A stretch of DNA of 64,000 bases from contig OZ316896.1 in assembly GCA_973895155.1 (NCBI GenBank), forward strand, positions 10,551,525-10,615,524, read 5' to 3'. Shown one piece after another: positions 37,145 to 50,520 of this stretch (its first letter is position 1; each line of letters opens with the position of its first letter). Under the pieces are notes generated by a model, which was not told where the DNA came from, made no database searches, and was given only the letters and a program-made list of their open reading frames with translations. The stretch comes from Marsupella aquatica (lineage: Eukaryota > Plantae > Marchantiophyta). The translations under genes and the position numbers were made by a program.

Positions 37145-40100
37145 GTATGTAGTTTTCTAATGATGGTATTGGGTTGCCTGTCTCAGATTGACACGACTGT
37201 CTTGGCGGGCCCCCCTTTCCTCTCTTGAATTAATTTTCTTGGGTTGGGTGGTGTGAACTTTCTGTGACTGACATAAGACTTTTCAATTTTGCCTCATGGA
37301 ATGTTTGCGGTCTCTACGACCCTATCCGTAAGAATGTGGTACGTCCTTAAATAGGTTTCTTCTGTTTGCCCTTCCCTGGACGCTCTTGCCTTGCAGGAAT
37401 TGAAAGCCGACTCCTTCAGATTGGATAATGCTCTTCGCACTATTCTCCCCTCTTACAATTTCTTTTACTCTGTCCCTGAGGAGGGCTGCGGAGGTGCTGT
37501 CATTTTGATCAACCCGGCTTTCAAAGTAACTTCCAATGGCATTGTTGGGGGAGGTTGTGCTGTGTGGGTACAATTGGAGCATTCGAAGGGCAATTTTGGC
37601 TTTCTTAGCATGTACGCACCCAACTCCATTGGTGATCGGATCTTGCTGTGGAACAACCTTCTCAACGTGCTGCCCCATAATCGATGGATCATTGGTGGAG
37701 ATTTCAACATGACTGAGAGCCGCTCTGACTCTACGGGCCCGTCCCCTCTTCTCTAGGGCAGGGAATTGGAATTCTGGCGCTTCTTACAAAGCCATTTTGA
37801 TTTGCTAGATGTCAGAGACATTTTGGGTTTGGTGTCGGGTGCTCTTTTTACCTAGCGCATGATTTGCAATGGTAGGCTCTTTCAATCCCGACTTGACCAC
37901 TTCTACATTAGTGAGAAGGGGTTATGGATTGATGAAATTCTTGAGCTTAAGCATGATGGATCATCTGCCCTCTCGGACCATGATCTTGTTCTCATTTCTT
38001 TTTGACTCACACCCATCCGCTCGGCTGCATCAGGTTGCAAAGGAGCTACCTACTTTTAGGCCAATCCTGCGGTGCTTAGGGACACGGGTAATTTGGATTT
38101 GTTGGCTGTTGCTTGGCTGGGGGATTCCAATCCCCCTCTCAACCCCCACCTAAGATTTGCCACTACCTACCAGAGGTTTAATTAGAAGATGCTACATTGG
38201 ACCTACAATCTACTTCGGTTCCCAGGGAGGCGGAAATGGAAAGATTGAGGAATAAGTTGCGCATTCTAAAAGTGGCAATTATGGAAGACTATTCACCAAA
38301 CACCCTTTTGGAATTTTACTATGTTGATGCTTGTGTTCATGAGGTGGAGTTGGAGGATGCTCACCACTATCGAAGACTATCTAGAATCAATTGGCTGGGG
38401 CATGGAGATGAACCATCCAAGTTCTACTTTGCAATGGTGAAAGCCAAGCGCTCTTGTGAGAATATGGGGTTTCTTATCACCGAGGATGGAGTTGAGATCC
38501 GGGAGGAGAAATTGGTAATACGAGAAGTTCAAAGGTACTGTGAGTCACTTTACTCCCCCATTGTGAAGACTTTTCAGGAGTTGACTGAGATGCGGGCTGC
38601 TCGCCGTAGACTTTCAGAGCATACACATTTTGCCCCTTCTGCGACTGAAAATAGAAGATTAGAGGCAGTACCATCATTGAAGGAGCTACATGAGATCCTT
38701 TTGATTCTACCCTGTGAGAAGGCACCTGGTATCGATGGGATGACTGCTGAGGTTCTACGCTCTTGTTGGGAGTTTATGAAGGCGGACCTCTATGCCATGG
38801 TCTGTGATTTCTGGAGGACTGGTCATCTTGCTTCCGGAATCAAAGATGGGGTAATTTGATTCATTCCCAAAAAAACTGACAAGAGAAGACTTAGATATTG
38901 GAGGTCGTTGACCATGTTAACCATCACGTACAAACTCATTGCCAAACTGCTTGCAGTGAGATTGAAAGCCCTCCTCCCACAACTTATAGATCCTCAGCAA
39001 ACCGGCTTCATTCCAGGCCGCCATATTCTTGAGAACATTTCGCTGGCATGGCTGGTGAACGATTGGATCAACTTAACTCAAACACCTGCGTTGTTCCTGC
39101 AATTTGATTTCGAGAAGGCTTTTGATAGGGTCGATCACTCTTACATCTAGGAAACTATGAACCTGCTGGGCCTGAGCTCTCGCTTCATCTTCTCGATAAC
39201 TTCGTTGCTGAGTAATGCTTGTTTTGAGGTCCTGGTGAATGGACTGTGGACTGAGAATATTGGCATGACCCGTGGGGTGCGACAAGGATGTCCTCTCTCA
39301 CCTCTACTTTTTGCTATCTCCACACAACCTTTCATGGACTTTTGTCATGCTGAAATTGATGCTGGTCGACTGCATGGGCTACAGATTACCCCTTCTTTGA
39401 ATATTTCTTTTGGCCTTTTTGCTGATGATCTGGGTTTCTTTCACTGCTGTCGCTGTTGATCAGGCTTGGGGAGCTCTTGGCTGCTACGAATCCGCAACGG
39501 ATGCTAAGATCAATTGGGACAAGTCGACCATATATTATCCCTCTCTCAGTGGAGGGAATCCCCCCTTGGCTCCATGCCACTGGCTGCAGGATCAGCGAGC
39601 GAGGTTCTATTCAACGCTATCTGGGGGCCCCTTTTGGTTGTGATCTATCTGAGAATCAGCTGCATGATTTTTGTCTGGATTGTATTGGTGCCCACTTATC
39701 TTCTTGGTCTACTCGATTCCCTTCTTTCACTGGGCGTCTAATGTTGCTTTGGCATGTTCTCCAAGCCATCCCGATCTATCATATGATGTTCCTTCGATCC
39801 CTTGCCTCTCTCACAAAGAAACTAACAGTTCTCAATCGCATCTTCTTGACGTGGGGCTCTAATCCGGGCGGAGGTCAAAGAATACCGCTGGTTGCATGGG
39901 ACAAGATGGCTCGGCCCAGGTGTGAAGGTGGACTTGGCCTGAAGGATTTCAAATCCCACTTTGATGCTCTGTTAAGCAAATGGTTTACTAGTGCGCTTGA
40001 CCATCCTGATTCCGAATGGACCCACATGCTTGCTGTGAACCTCAATCTGACAAAGTGGTGCAACTATAAGACCATTCGCCCCAACTGCTACTCTCTGGCT

Positions 40101-40645
40101 GACAAGTTGTTACTGAGTACCCCCGATCTTTCAGGAAAATTGACTACACAGGAAGGTTGTGGAGCTCATGGGTGCTGGTAAGAGAAAACCTCATTTTCTG
40201 TCCTGGCGCCCTTGTCATCCCTAGACACTGGGGTATGGAAGATATGCTGAGATGCTCGCTAGGTTTTTACAACCTACCTGAATGCACCATAATGGAAGTT
40301 ATCAAAGCATATGGGCAACTTGGATTCAGGACTGTAAGAGATCTCTGGTCCCCGGGTGACGACTCTTGGAGGAATATTGCAGACCGGCTGACTTGACTGC
40401 GGGGTCTCACCTATCATGGGACGTCAACAATGCTTACTTCTTACTAACACTATTCACAGATCTCATATTGGTGGACGAGGGACTGAACTCTCTACCAGGC
40501 TGTGGAGGTGGAGTGACTGTGAGAAGGTTTTGAAAGGTTTTGGTATTGCTAACTCTTGAGTGTATGATATGCTTCGCCCTAAAGGCTCTGATCATATTCG
40601 CCTTAATAGAATCTGGGGTGTCAATCTCTCTGATGAGACCTGGAA

Positions 40646-43238
40646 TGTGACAGGGCCCCAAACCCGATAGTAACTTAGTGATGACTTATAATTGCGTATA
40701 TAAGTAGAAAGACAAGTAGGTGTAGTAAAAATGGTTGGATTTTTAATTTTTTAATTTTTGTTAGTTCTAATAAATGGATGCAACAACTGGAGGCCGGAGT
40801 TGAGAGGGGTGCCGGGCGGTGATGGATGACAAGGGAACCATTGAGGTGGTACAAGGAGGCCACAAGGCAGCCCAAGGACTTGGAGCCAAGGTGTGGGCAT
40901 CTTGGAGGGGTGGGGGCTGGTCGGAGGCTCCACGTTAGGGGCAAAATGGGAAGAATAACCAAAATATAGAAAAAACATTGAAACTTAAAACAGACGTTGC
41001 TGCGCTAGTACGATTCCAAACATGGTCATGTTTGGATTCATTTTGAAGCCCTCAATGAGTCCCATGAGAAACTTAGGTTCTCTAGTTGATTTTAGGTCTA
41101 TATCAAATAGTGACATCTTGAGGGACCTCAACACTCGTAAAACGGTAAACTAGGCAATCTTGGAGTAGTGATGGTGGGAGGGCCCTTAGAAGGAAGGGGT
41201 TCCCACAGTTGCGTTCCCCTTCACCCTTTGTGTGGTCCTCACATGGTTTTTGCTCTCTTTCCCTTCCCCACTCCGTGGAGGGGCACTCCGTAGAAGAACA
41301 CATTCGTAGAAGGCGCCCTCACACTTTCTTCCTTCCCTTTTTCTCCATTCTCACTTGTGGGGTTTCCACCCATACCTAAACCCTAAATCCTTTCCCTCTT
41401 GTGCTTGCTTTCAACGTGTGTACGAACCCTGGTTGTATGAACATCAGATTTTAGACCATCTCAAAATCAGGAGTCTATGGGCTTGTTGGAAAGAGCTCGC
41501 CAAGCTGAATCCAACGATGTGTCACACGGCCAAAACGGAGCTAAGACGGAGGAGATACAACAGATCGTATTTTTTGAGAATACGAGGGTTGTAAGGTCGT
41601 ACGGACGTCTGTACGGTAGGAGGTCCCGGCTTTGCAAGGGAGGGAGGAGGTAGCAGCACATACGGGGAAACCGTGATCTGTGTTTTGCAAAGCCGGGGCC
41701 CCCTGGTGTTGTACGGAGGAAACGGAGGGAGACGGTGTCTCGTGAAAAGTTAAACGATCATATCTTGGCCGTTTGACCTCCGTTTTGTGCACCGTTTACG
41801 GAGCCGTGATCAGGAAGAGGAGGGCTCCTCATATATGTTTTCAGAAGTGAATTCTGAGAAAATTTTAGTTTCGACAATTATAGGGGCCCCCTCCTTTTAC
41901 AATGGACCGGTGGTGGCGATCAGGAGGATTGAGGCTAGTAGGCAGGGTAGATAGATAGGATAGGAGGTGGACTCAAGTGAGTCCTTGTTTAGCGGAGTGG
42001 TATCCACTCCAATAGAGAGGGATGAGGAGACCAACTCACGGGGCTCAAGCCAGGGCACCGTGAGTGAGGAGGAGGAGGACCGATGAGGAGATCAACTCAC
42101 GGGACTCAAGCCATGGCACCGTGAGTGAGGAGGAGGACTAGGGTGGCCGTACGGACTTGGTCGTACGACCTCTTGACTTTGAATTTTTTTTGAAAGTGGG
42201 CACTCACAGGCTTGTTGGAAAGAGCTCGCGGAGCTGATTCCAACAAGAGGCGGCGCTCCTCAAACGGAGCCAGGATGAGGAAGATAGGGCCCCGCGAAGT
42301 TGGTTGGTAAGGGATAGTGAAACAACCATAACTGGGTCGTCCAGAGTCCGTTTGCGGAGCCATTTACGGATTCGTGATCAGGAGGAGCAGAGCTATCCAG
42401 GGCTCCCCTCAGGGGAGTAGTTGGACATATTTGAGGTTTCGACCATGAGTGGCCTCCTCACTTCCCCGAGACTACGGATGATTACAGTTGGAACCGTCGA
42501 AGGCACCGACGGTCCCGTAGTTAGTTTAGGGTTTTTAGGAGCATATGTGTGCCGCATGTTTTAGGTTATGGATTTCTTCATGAAGGGTTTTAGCGGCACC
42601 GCTAGGGTAGCCGCCATCGTGGTGACCCCGTGAGGGGTGCTTTGGTGTGTTTTTTCAGTATTTAGGGGGCAGTCCCCGGTAGGAGCAGGGGGAACTCAGT
42701 CTAGTGTTGGTCTTAGGGAAGTTAGCTCATAGCCAGAAGGGGAATTTGAGCTAGAGTAGTGAGGTAGAGGTGTAGCGCTTGCCCCAGTGAGGCAGGAGTT
42801 GGGCAGACGGCAGGAGGTCGGGTTGTCCTTGCAATGTGTTATCGCTTTTTGCCAAAAGATATGGATTTGGTTTGATTTCTCAAGTTTTGGTGGCATTACC
42901 TTTTCTGGTTCACGATTGTGTTCTTTCCCCAAGAAGTGTCTAAGGAATCCTTGCACGGTTTGGTCAACCATGTGAGTAGGAGGGGTGGTGACAGCACTCC
43001 ACCAACAACCAGTGGGGGTGTGTGTGTGGCGTAGTCCATGGGACTTGATCAAAAGCAGAGCGGCTAGTCGGTAGACTTGATCAAAAATTATATTTCCGGG
43101 AGCGGAAATAAACATACTCATCCTACATGCAATAGAATCCTAATAGCGTCCCTCCACGTTCCCGTCATACGATAACAAACAATTTTAGTAGAAGTAAATA
43201 CGTATTTGTCGTGTAAATTGTTTGGTAAGCAGGTGACA
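40646..43238. mobile_element. Solo LTR, 2593 bp
   Basis: TGTGAC..GTGACA ends, TSD TGGAA (40641-40645, 43239-43243); the LINE frame ETW-NLTW rejoins; internal duplications near 41480/42210 and 42020-42140. Confidence 0.9.
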
Positions 43239-43370
43239 TGGAACTTGACTTGGAGAACCCTGTGGTCTTCTGACCTTGCTTCTCGGGCTAAGGTTTTCAT
43301 TTGGCGGATCCTTGCTCAGGGACTTTTCTCTAGCTCTAGAGCCTTAAAGATAAAGAAATCCGACGGTACT

Positions 43371-45250
43371 TGTTAACCACTGAAGTTGGCTGGTTGCCAA
43401 CCCCTGGAGTTAACCCTCCTCCGGAACTCCTAACTCCTCCACTATCCTTCTGTGTATCAATTGAACATCATACGACTTCAATTGATCAAATTTCTCATTC
43501 ACTTGTCATCTACCATTTAACCTTTTTGTCAAACAATTAGTGATGACCTGTACGATTACTCGAGATAGCGATCTAACTATCTTAGTTTGATCCTCCGCCT
43601 GTTACTTGAATTGAATGTCAATTTCCCTTTCCCCTTTTAGTTAATGTTTCTTCAAAGAGGATTTCCAAACCCATTGTAGAAAGTTCCTCAGACATTGACT
43701 CTTCTTCTTCCTCTCTAATAATTCTCACCCAACTCTCAATCATGGCTTCACATTCATTCGGGGCATTATGTAGCCCAAATGGGATGTGTTCCAATTTAAA
43801 CGACCAATCAGAGGTAGCTAATTCCATGTTACCTACTCTGGGTCTCTCTCAGAATTTGCATCTTATCCATTACTCAACATTTCACTTTGGCAGGGATTCC
43901 TTTAACAATTTGTAATCTCAATCACTACATGCCATACGATTATGATATTTCCTTTTACAGGTTCCAACCAAATCCAAATGAATTCTCCATTGTCAAAATG
44001 TTAATATTTCCAGCCATCTCTTTTTCAGTATCAATTCCTTAGTTTTGATTTTACTGACATACAACAAATATAAGCTATGCAATCGAATGCTTCCTGAAGT
44101 CCTGCCAACAGCCTTGATTGCATCTTTCATTCTATGAACACATCAATTTCTTTACATGGTTTTTCTTCCATGGGCTTCCATCCACATCCAGGTCTAGCGA
44201 TCTGGCACTACCTCCTCCTGGGCTACCTCTCGAGCTTCCTGATCTTGAAAGTTTCCACAACAAAAGGCCCCTACCACTCCTACTTTGCTATCCTATATCT
44301 CTTCTACAGGCAGGTTTGTCTAACTCCTCTAACAATTAGCAGTTGTAACTGTCAAACTGCTTATTCAGTTTTTCTAACCGCTTTATTCCACTAAAGGCAC
44401 ATGTTAATCGTTACTTGTCATAGTAACTCTTAACTGTTACTTGCTACTGGATCATGCATCTCTTAACTGGTTGTCTTTTAGTTAATCATTCTTCGAAATG
44501 ATTAGTCGAAGTTTCATCCTCGGGCTCGGTGGCTCCAATGTTAATCGCTTGAATGGTGACTTCCACCGATTCTACTTGTGTTTCACCGACTCCTGCCTCT
44601 GATCGCCGGTATGTGGGGTGGATCCTCATTCTCTGGAATCCTAATATTTGTTGAGTTTTCTTGCTGCGGTTTTCTGCAATTCTCACTACCCAACACTCAT
44701 TCATTACACGGTGACAGTCTCTCTCTTGTGCACCAAGTTGCTTGTGAAATTCATGGTCGGGCACTCCAAACAATTGACATCCAGCTTCTTCCCACACTTG
44801 ATACACAACTATATTGATTTGCACAAAGAAATTGTACATGTGTTGGTCTGATCCAACCATTCTACAAAAATGATTGGTTCGCTTCCGCATCGACAACCCT
44901 ACATCTTGGTGTTCTCTGTTCAGTCTAGCTCTACGAGCACTTGGACCTAAAGCGCACATTTTCCCATCTTCCAAGGGAATATCACATCCTTCATAAACTA
45001 ACTCGCTACCATGCATGCCCCAAATCGCCTCAATGGTTACTCCAATCAGGCAGAGGACTCCAGATTGCTCCATCTTTGTAAAGTTGCTGCTATACCACAA
45101 AAACTGAACCTCGACTGGAAAAATGAAGTTCGTCTAGAGGTTTTTAGGGTTAACATAGTGGAGGCCCTAAAGTCCCGACTTCTACTTAACTATAACTCAA
45201 TGATTAGCTTAATTGCTACTAATCCTTACTTGCTAAAATTTAACATTTCA
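43371..45250 (-). mobile_element. 1880-bp TG..CA insertion (solo LTR or deleted LTR element)
   Basis: TSD GTACT/GTACC; the LINE zf-RVT (DGT-YLLCPGTIESIAHIFFLC) rejoins across it. Confidence 0.75.
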
Positions 45251-45887
45251 GTACCTATCTTCTCTGCCCTGGTACTATTGAATCTATCGCACACATCTTT
45301 TTCCTCTGCCGATATGCCTCCTGATGCTGGACCGAGATATGGAGCTGGATGCATGGGGCACTCTTTGGAGGATCTCAGACTCTACTGGATATTATCCTTT
45401 CCTGTCGCCGGCGAATACCCTTACTTTCACTTCGGATGTTCATTACTTATCAGGTTCTTTGGCACATCTGGCTGGCGCGAAATGCGCATGCTTTTGATCA
45501 TTCATGTGTTAGGTCTTTTGACCAGGTGGGTGTGATTACCAAGACCTTGGATCATCTCACCGCTGTGGCTTAAAATTAAATTAAAAAATGATGGTATTGG
45601 GTTCAAGTGTTAAGTACAACTTAGGTCTCATATGTTCACTAGCTATGACCATAATGTTTTCTGAAATTATATTTGGTGATGTATGTCATGCAGGGTCCCG
45701 TGACTTCTGCTTTGCTTACTCAACCTGTCCCTCCACGTCCTATGCCTTCTGCTTTGCATACTCAACCTGTTAAATTGCCATAAAAAGGTGGAAAAGAAAA
45801 GAAGAAAAAAAACCATCCAAGATGTCCAACTATTTTGCCATCTTGGTAGCCCTCATCTTGGTCATTGAGTGTTCAAAAAGGGAGGGG

Positions 45888-46694
45888 AATCGTACATGGG
45901 GTATCACAAAAACAGAATATGAATGGAATGCAGGTTGGAATGGATTGTGGCGCTCTGATCTGTCCTCCCGTGCTAAGACGTTTATTTGGAGGATATTGGC
46001 TTCAGGTCTCTTTACCGGGGTACGAGCTAGGCGCATTGACAAAGGAGAAGGGTACTGTAAACTGTGCAGTGGAATAGTAGAAACTATCCCCCATCTTTTC
46101 TCCCAATGTACTCATGCCAAGAGATGTTGGTCATTAGCTGCAGCGTGTTTCTCAGGTACCTTTACTGATTATGCGGATAGGATACTTGAGCTGTTGCTTC
46201 TCACTACTAAGGAAGACCCTGGCACAATTGCAAAGCTATTTATGTTCTATCAGATTCTATGGTCCTTATGGCAGAGTAGGAATGCGCACATGTTACAAGC
46301 CAATGGCTTTAGGACATTCAATCTTCGCTTTATTCTCTCAGAAGCTGTTGACCATGCATCGGCAGTGGGCCTGTGTGTGCCCCCGAGTAGACGACACACA
46401 CGATTGCTACGAGTGAAGGAGATACTTATACAGGAAAGAATATTTTGGTTGAATAGCCGACAGATCTGGATTACATCTAGATAGGACTTTCTCTGGCCAA
46501 TGGGGCTTGTTGGTCTTGAGATCCCTGTGTTTGAGATTGACAGCCTGGTCTCTGGGCTTTCATCACATGTTGTTGTTGCCGCACTCCAGGTGGGGTGGTT
46601 GATTGTGTGTTATGGGATCACTCTTTCTATTCTTCCTTGCCATGGGGTTTTCGTGGTCACTATCTAAAAAAATCATGAAAAAACATTTCCAAGG
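45888..46694 (+). mobile_element. 5'-truncated LINE (zf-RVT and 3' UTR)
   Basis: LWRSDLSSRAKTFIWR..CKLC..ETIPHLFSQC; 13-bp TSD AAAAAGGGAGGGG at 45875-45887 and 46695-46707. Confidence 0.88.
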
Positions 46695-47755
46695 AAAAAG
46701 GGAGGGGGATATCTTGGACATCCTTACTGAATGGACATTAGGGACTTCCCCTAATTGTCATCTTGGCTATCTCATTTTGGGCGGATGTTGTCTTAGGGTC
46801 AAAGGCTGGACGTCCTTAAAAAGGGATGTCACTTGTATTTGGGTCGGCCACCTTGTAACCGCCGTCTTTATGTCTAGGGTTGTCATGGAAGAGACGCCAT
46901 TGACGTCCTCACAAAAGGATGTCCAGACTGTCACTTGTTTTACCCCCTTTTTCTTCTAAGCCGTCCTTGAAACTCCATTCAATCTTGGGGATAGCTTAAT
47001 ACCACTTAAGAGGACCTTATAAATTCTAGAAATTTAAATGTTTTATAGTTTTTCATACTTTAACTCACTTTTAGGAATAATCACCATATATTGCAGTACT
47101 CATTGTGGTGATCATGAGACTACAGTTGAGAACATTTGTCTAATACAAAAGTTGAGAGCGTGCAACTCACCATCGTATTTAGAATAATAGAAAAATGGCT
47201 ACCTTAAATACTCTGTTTTGGTCACATATTGGGCACAATTTCACTCTTTATAGGGAGGTGTAGAACAAGGGTCAGTATGAATTTCCCGTTCTTGCATTGG
47301 CAATGTTATTGGCAACTTATTTAGACAGCTTCTGCAAGTACATATGCTTTTCAAAATTCAGGACACTTAGTTTCTCATCCAAAATGAGGTACAGTGAAGA
47401 TTTTTTGTTGATATGAAAGTCTTTGTGGCAGAATGAGGCAACAACTGGGCAGTGCAATGCCCAAAAACAAGAAGCCAACAGGCTATCATAACACATAGTC
47501 CACCTAATGGCCCAATGCTCCACAAAATTAAGCAAGTCATCAATTAACCGAGCTACCGTAATCCTCTCACTAAGGGCAAAAATCCAACAAGTAACTCTTC
47601 TCCAATCACTAAGTACCCTCATAGCACCTCCATAACACAACACATAGCCAAATTAAAGAAACATAGAGGCTAATTGGGACTATATCACCATCCATGTACT
47701 TCTCAAACTTAAGATGGATATAGTGATATAATTGTAATTATTAGTTTTACTAGTA

Positions 47756-48027
47756 CTTAGCATTCCATTTCCACCTAAGTTCCACGTGGAAGCTCTCCAA
47801 CTCCAGATCCAACTTTAGTGTACATGAAGCTACCACATGATCATCCTCATAAACTAGTATGCAAGCATCCGCTTTTCCTGTTCCTGGATCCTAAAAATGC
47901 TTGAGCATGCAAATTTTGCCTGACTGTGCATGCTTCTATCCCAAAAATTCTGCATCTCATATCTTAGACAATGAAGACTAAATTCAAATCAATCTATCTG
48001 ACTTTATCACTCCCACATTGAAAGTTT
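47756..48027. repeat. 272-bp direct repeat, copy 1 (copy 2 at 61110-61381)
   Basis: Near-identical from CTTAGCATTCCATTTCC to CACATTGAAAGTTT. Confidence 0.95.
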
Positions 48028-48311
48028 CCTTGGAATTGATTTTTTTAATAATAGTTTTAACACGATTTCGGACCGACCGAGAAGTGTGACACACTTCTCG
48101 TTTAGCCCGATTCCATTTTTTTTCTAAGGCAATGCAATCTCTGATAAAATTGGTGAAAAATTAAAAAACACCACTTTCCTCCACTGCATCGTCGCGGGAA
48201 TGTAGGGAGCGATACGTGCATCGGGTTTTATATTCGGTCTGTGAAAAAGTCCAAACTGCGAGTAACTTGGTCCGAACCACATAATCGAGGAACGACCACG
48301 CACTAACCCGA

Positions 48312-48398
48312 GTTAAGGGGGAAAGTAACCACGGTTAAGGGGAAAGTAACCATGGTTAAGGGGGAAAGTAACCATGGTTAGAGATTCCCCTATATAAA
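48312..48398 (+). promoter_or_regulatory. Three ~23-bp tandem repeats followed by a TATA box
   Basis: GTTAAGGGG(G)AAAGTAACCAYG x3, then TATATAAA at 48391. Confidence 0.55.
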
Positions 48399-48689
48399 GA
48401 GGAGCGGGCTGCCCATAAAACGTTTGTTTTTGCCGGAGCGAACATCACCTCACTCAGAGCGAATATCGAACTCCCATTGAGTCTTACATTCCTCCCAAGA
48501 GACTTGACTCTTTCTCCAGAGAACCCAATAAATTCATCGGAACTATCATTCCTGTTTGAGTATCATCTATGTAAGGTTAACAGATCATTTGGTGTCAATG
48601 TCCAGATCCGAGCGGACTGCGATAAATTTATCGCATTCTGCATTCCTATGTTGCATTCATTGGATCCAGAAACATTAAGGTGTTGACTT

Positions 48690-48900
48690 CATTCCGATAA
48701 ATATATCGGAGTCTTCATTCCTTTGATGGATAAAGGATTAATTGAGACTGCGATAAATTTATTGGAGTTTCCATTCCTGTGATTGATTGAATATTGTTTG
48801 AGACTCCGATACATTTATCGGAATTTCCATTCCTATGATTGATTTAATATTGTTTGAGACTCCGATAAATTTATCAGAGTTTCCATTCCTATGATTGATT
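48690..48900. repeat. 56-bp-period tandem array, each unit with the CGATAAATTTATCG palindrome
   Basis: Palindromes start at 48693, 48749, 48805 and 48861. Confidence 0.9.
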
Positions 48901-49640
48901 GAAGAACTGTGATGGATTGAGGGCTTAGGTGTGGGGGGAAGTCATATCTTCAATTTGAATGCAAAGTGCGATAAACTTATCGCACCCTCCTGTGAGACTC
49001 ATTTCCTGATGTTTTGTGTATAGACTCATCTTCCAATCTGATGTCGCAGTGCTGCCGGGTGAAGGAGGTACAATGGAAGGTTGATTGCACTCGGTGGATC
49101 AAAGGTATAGTGACAAATGGCTGTCTTAATTCAAAATCGTGTCAAACGTGCACGCCGGTTGTACAAGGAACTCGTGCAATGTAAAGTTCTCCCCATTGGT
49201 GTGGGAGCGTTGTGGATGGGTGGGACTGATCCCGGAGATAGGCAGAATCCTCTCCGGATTGAGTTCTACGGAATGAATGGTGTTGGAGTTCCAATTTGTT
49301 CGAGGTTGATGTTAACGGCGTGTCTACATTCTTTGGACTTTTCTTGTAACAATTGTTGTTGACGTCTTAACAACAAGTACCATAAATTGGCATACTTATG
49401 TTGTCAAATTTGGAACAAAGACCCGTGGGTCAACCTTTCACGCTAAGTGTTGCAACCTTCACACTGAGGCGCGTTTTGTAAGGACATATTTAATTAAACA
49501 AGTCCTACCCTTGTGCAGCGAATATAATACATCCCGAGTCCTAATCGTTAAACTGTCATGTAGGGTTGGTACTGTGGATATCTTTGGTTACACCTGGTGA
49601 TTGAAGGTACTTTTATTGGTGGTTTTGGTAGCTCTGCTTC

Positions 49641-50174
49641 ATGGCTGCGTCAAAGAACCTAATCGTTGCAAAGATGGCATCTGAATTGGCCCACAAGCGT
49701 AGGAAATATATTCAAGGAAAAGTGGCCGGTATGGAAAGCAGAATTTTGTTGAATGGACTTCCCCATCCTTTCGTTGAATCTCATATTTGGCCTCTCTTGG
49801 CATTGTCTTGCACACAAGATGAACACCTTGGCCATGACCTAAAACTTTTACCCGAAGAACGACTGACTCGAATGAGAACAATCATTTGTCTTGGAGCCAC
49901 CTCAAAGAAATGGAACCATCTTGTTGTTGGTACATGATTTTGGGCGTTATTGAAATACGTAATCCATGAGATCAAGGACATAAACGAAATGCTCGCAAGC
50001 ATTCCTAATGTCAACCTTCTCTCAAACCTACATATTGCTAGGGTCTTTCGAGAGGAAACTCATTTCCTCCCTCCCATAGATATGCTTGGGTGCTTTTCGT
50101 ATGACCAATTAGATGCGTTTCTTAGAGTTTGGATGAATCTTGGAGAAAGCGGGAAGCGGACAATTCTTGCATGA
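49641..50174 (+). pseudogene. F-box-like small protein, one in-frame TGA
   Basis: LLNGLPHPFVESHIWPLL..IICLGATSKKWNHLV..FW resembles an F-box with an insertion; ORFs 49641 and 49950 are in the same frame. Confidence 0.45.
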
Positions 50175-50520
50175 CATGGACAAGTCTGAGTGGATTAGGC
50201 ATTGCTGCGCACATCCGATAAATTTATCGCGCTCCTCATTCCTCTAGTCGATTTAGGAGTCAATTGTTTTTTTGTGCTCTAAGGTTTGCTCGAGAAGAGC
50301 TTGTAAAGAAACACTTTGAATGTATATGACCCTGCCTCGTCTGACTTTGGGTTGTGTGGTCTAGAGTGTAGTTTTTTGCGCCTCTACGGACGATTACCTG
50401 ACAAGTGCATTTTCTTCACAGCCCGTTATACAAGGTACTTTAAAGTTGAATGAAACTTGTAGAATTGTAATGAGTATGTTCTCCAAAATGTATTCCTGAT
50501 TTCTATTCGCTGATCAGGCC

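Larger units (their letters stand above)
37176..45586 (+). mobile_element. L1-type LINE (ORF2: APE endonuclease, RT, zf-RVT), degenerate, with two nested insertions
   Basis: SWNVCGL, LQELK, GGDFN, SDH, KAPGIDG, DFEKAFDRV, RQGCPLSP, FADD, FIWR..C..C..ES..HIFF.C motifs. 17-bp TSD AATGATGGTATTGGGTT at 37159-37175 and 45587-45603; A-rich tail. Confidence 0.92.
2092..46960 (+). mobile_element. CACTA/EnSpm DNA transposon (~10.7 kb once nested insertions are removed); right end uncertain
   Basis: Starts CACTAGAAGAAA exactly where LINE homology stops, followed by GTGAC/GAGAC subterminal motifs. Contains a Tnp2-family transposase. A GGACGTCC/GGATGTC repeat cluster ends in TTTCTTCTAAG (degenerate CACTA end) at 46960. 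No matching 3-bp TSD, and the LINE does not resume after it. Confidence 0.6.

Noticed and set aside
46658-46672. CACTA terminus CACTATCTAAAAAAA
   Set aside because: Lies inside the TSD-bounded LINE 3' end and parallels the tail of the other LINE.
48690-48900. CRISPR-like array of palindromic repeats
   Set aside because: The intervening sequences are themselves repeated (56-bp tandem units), there are no cas genes and the context is eukaryotic.
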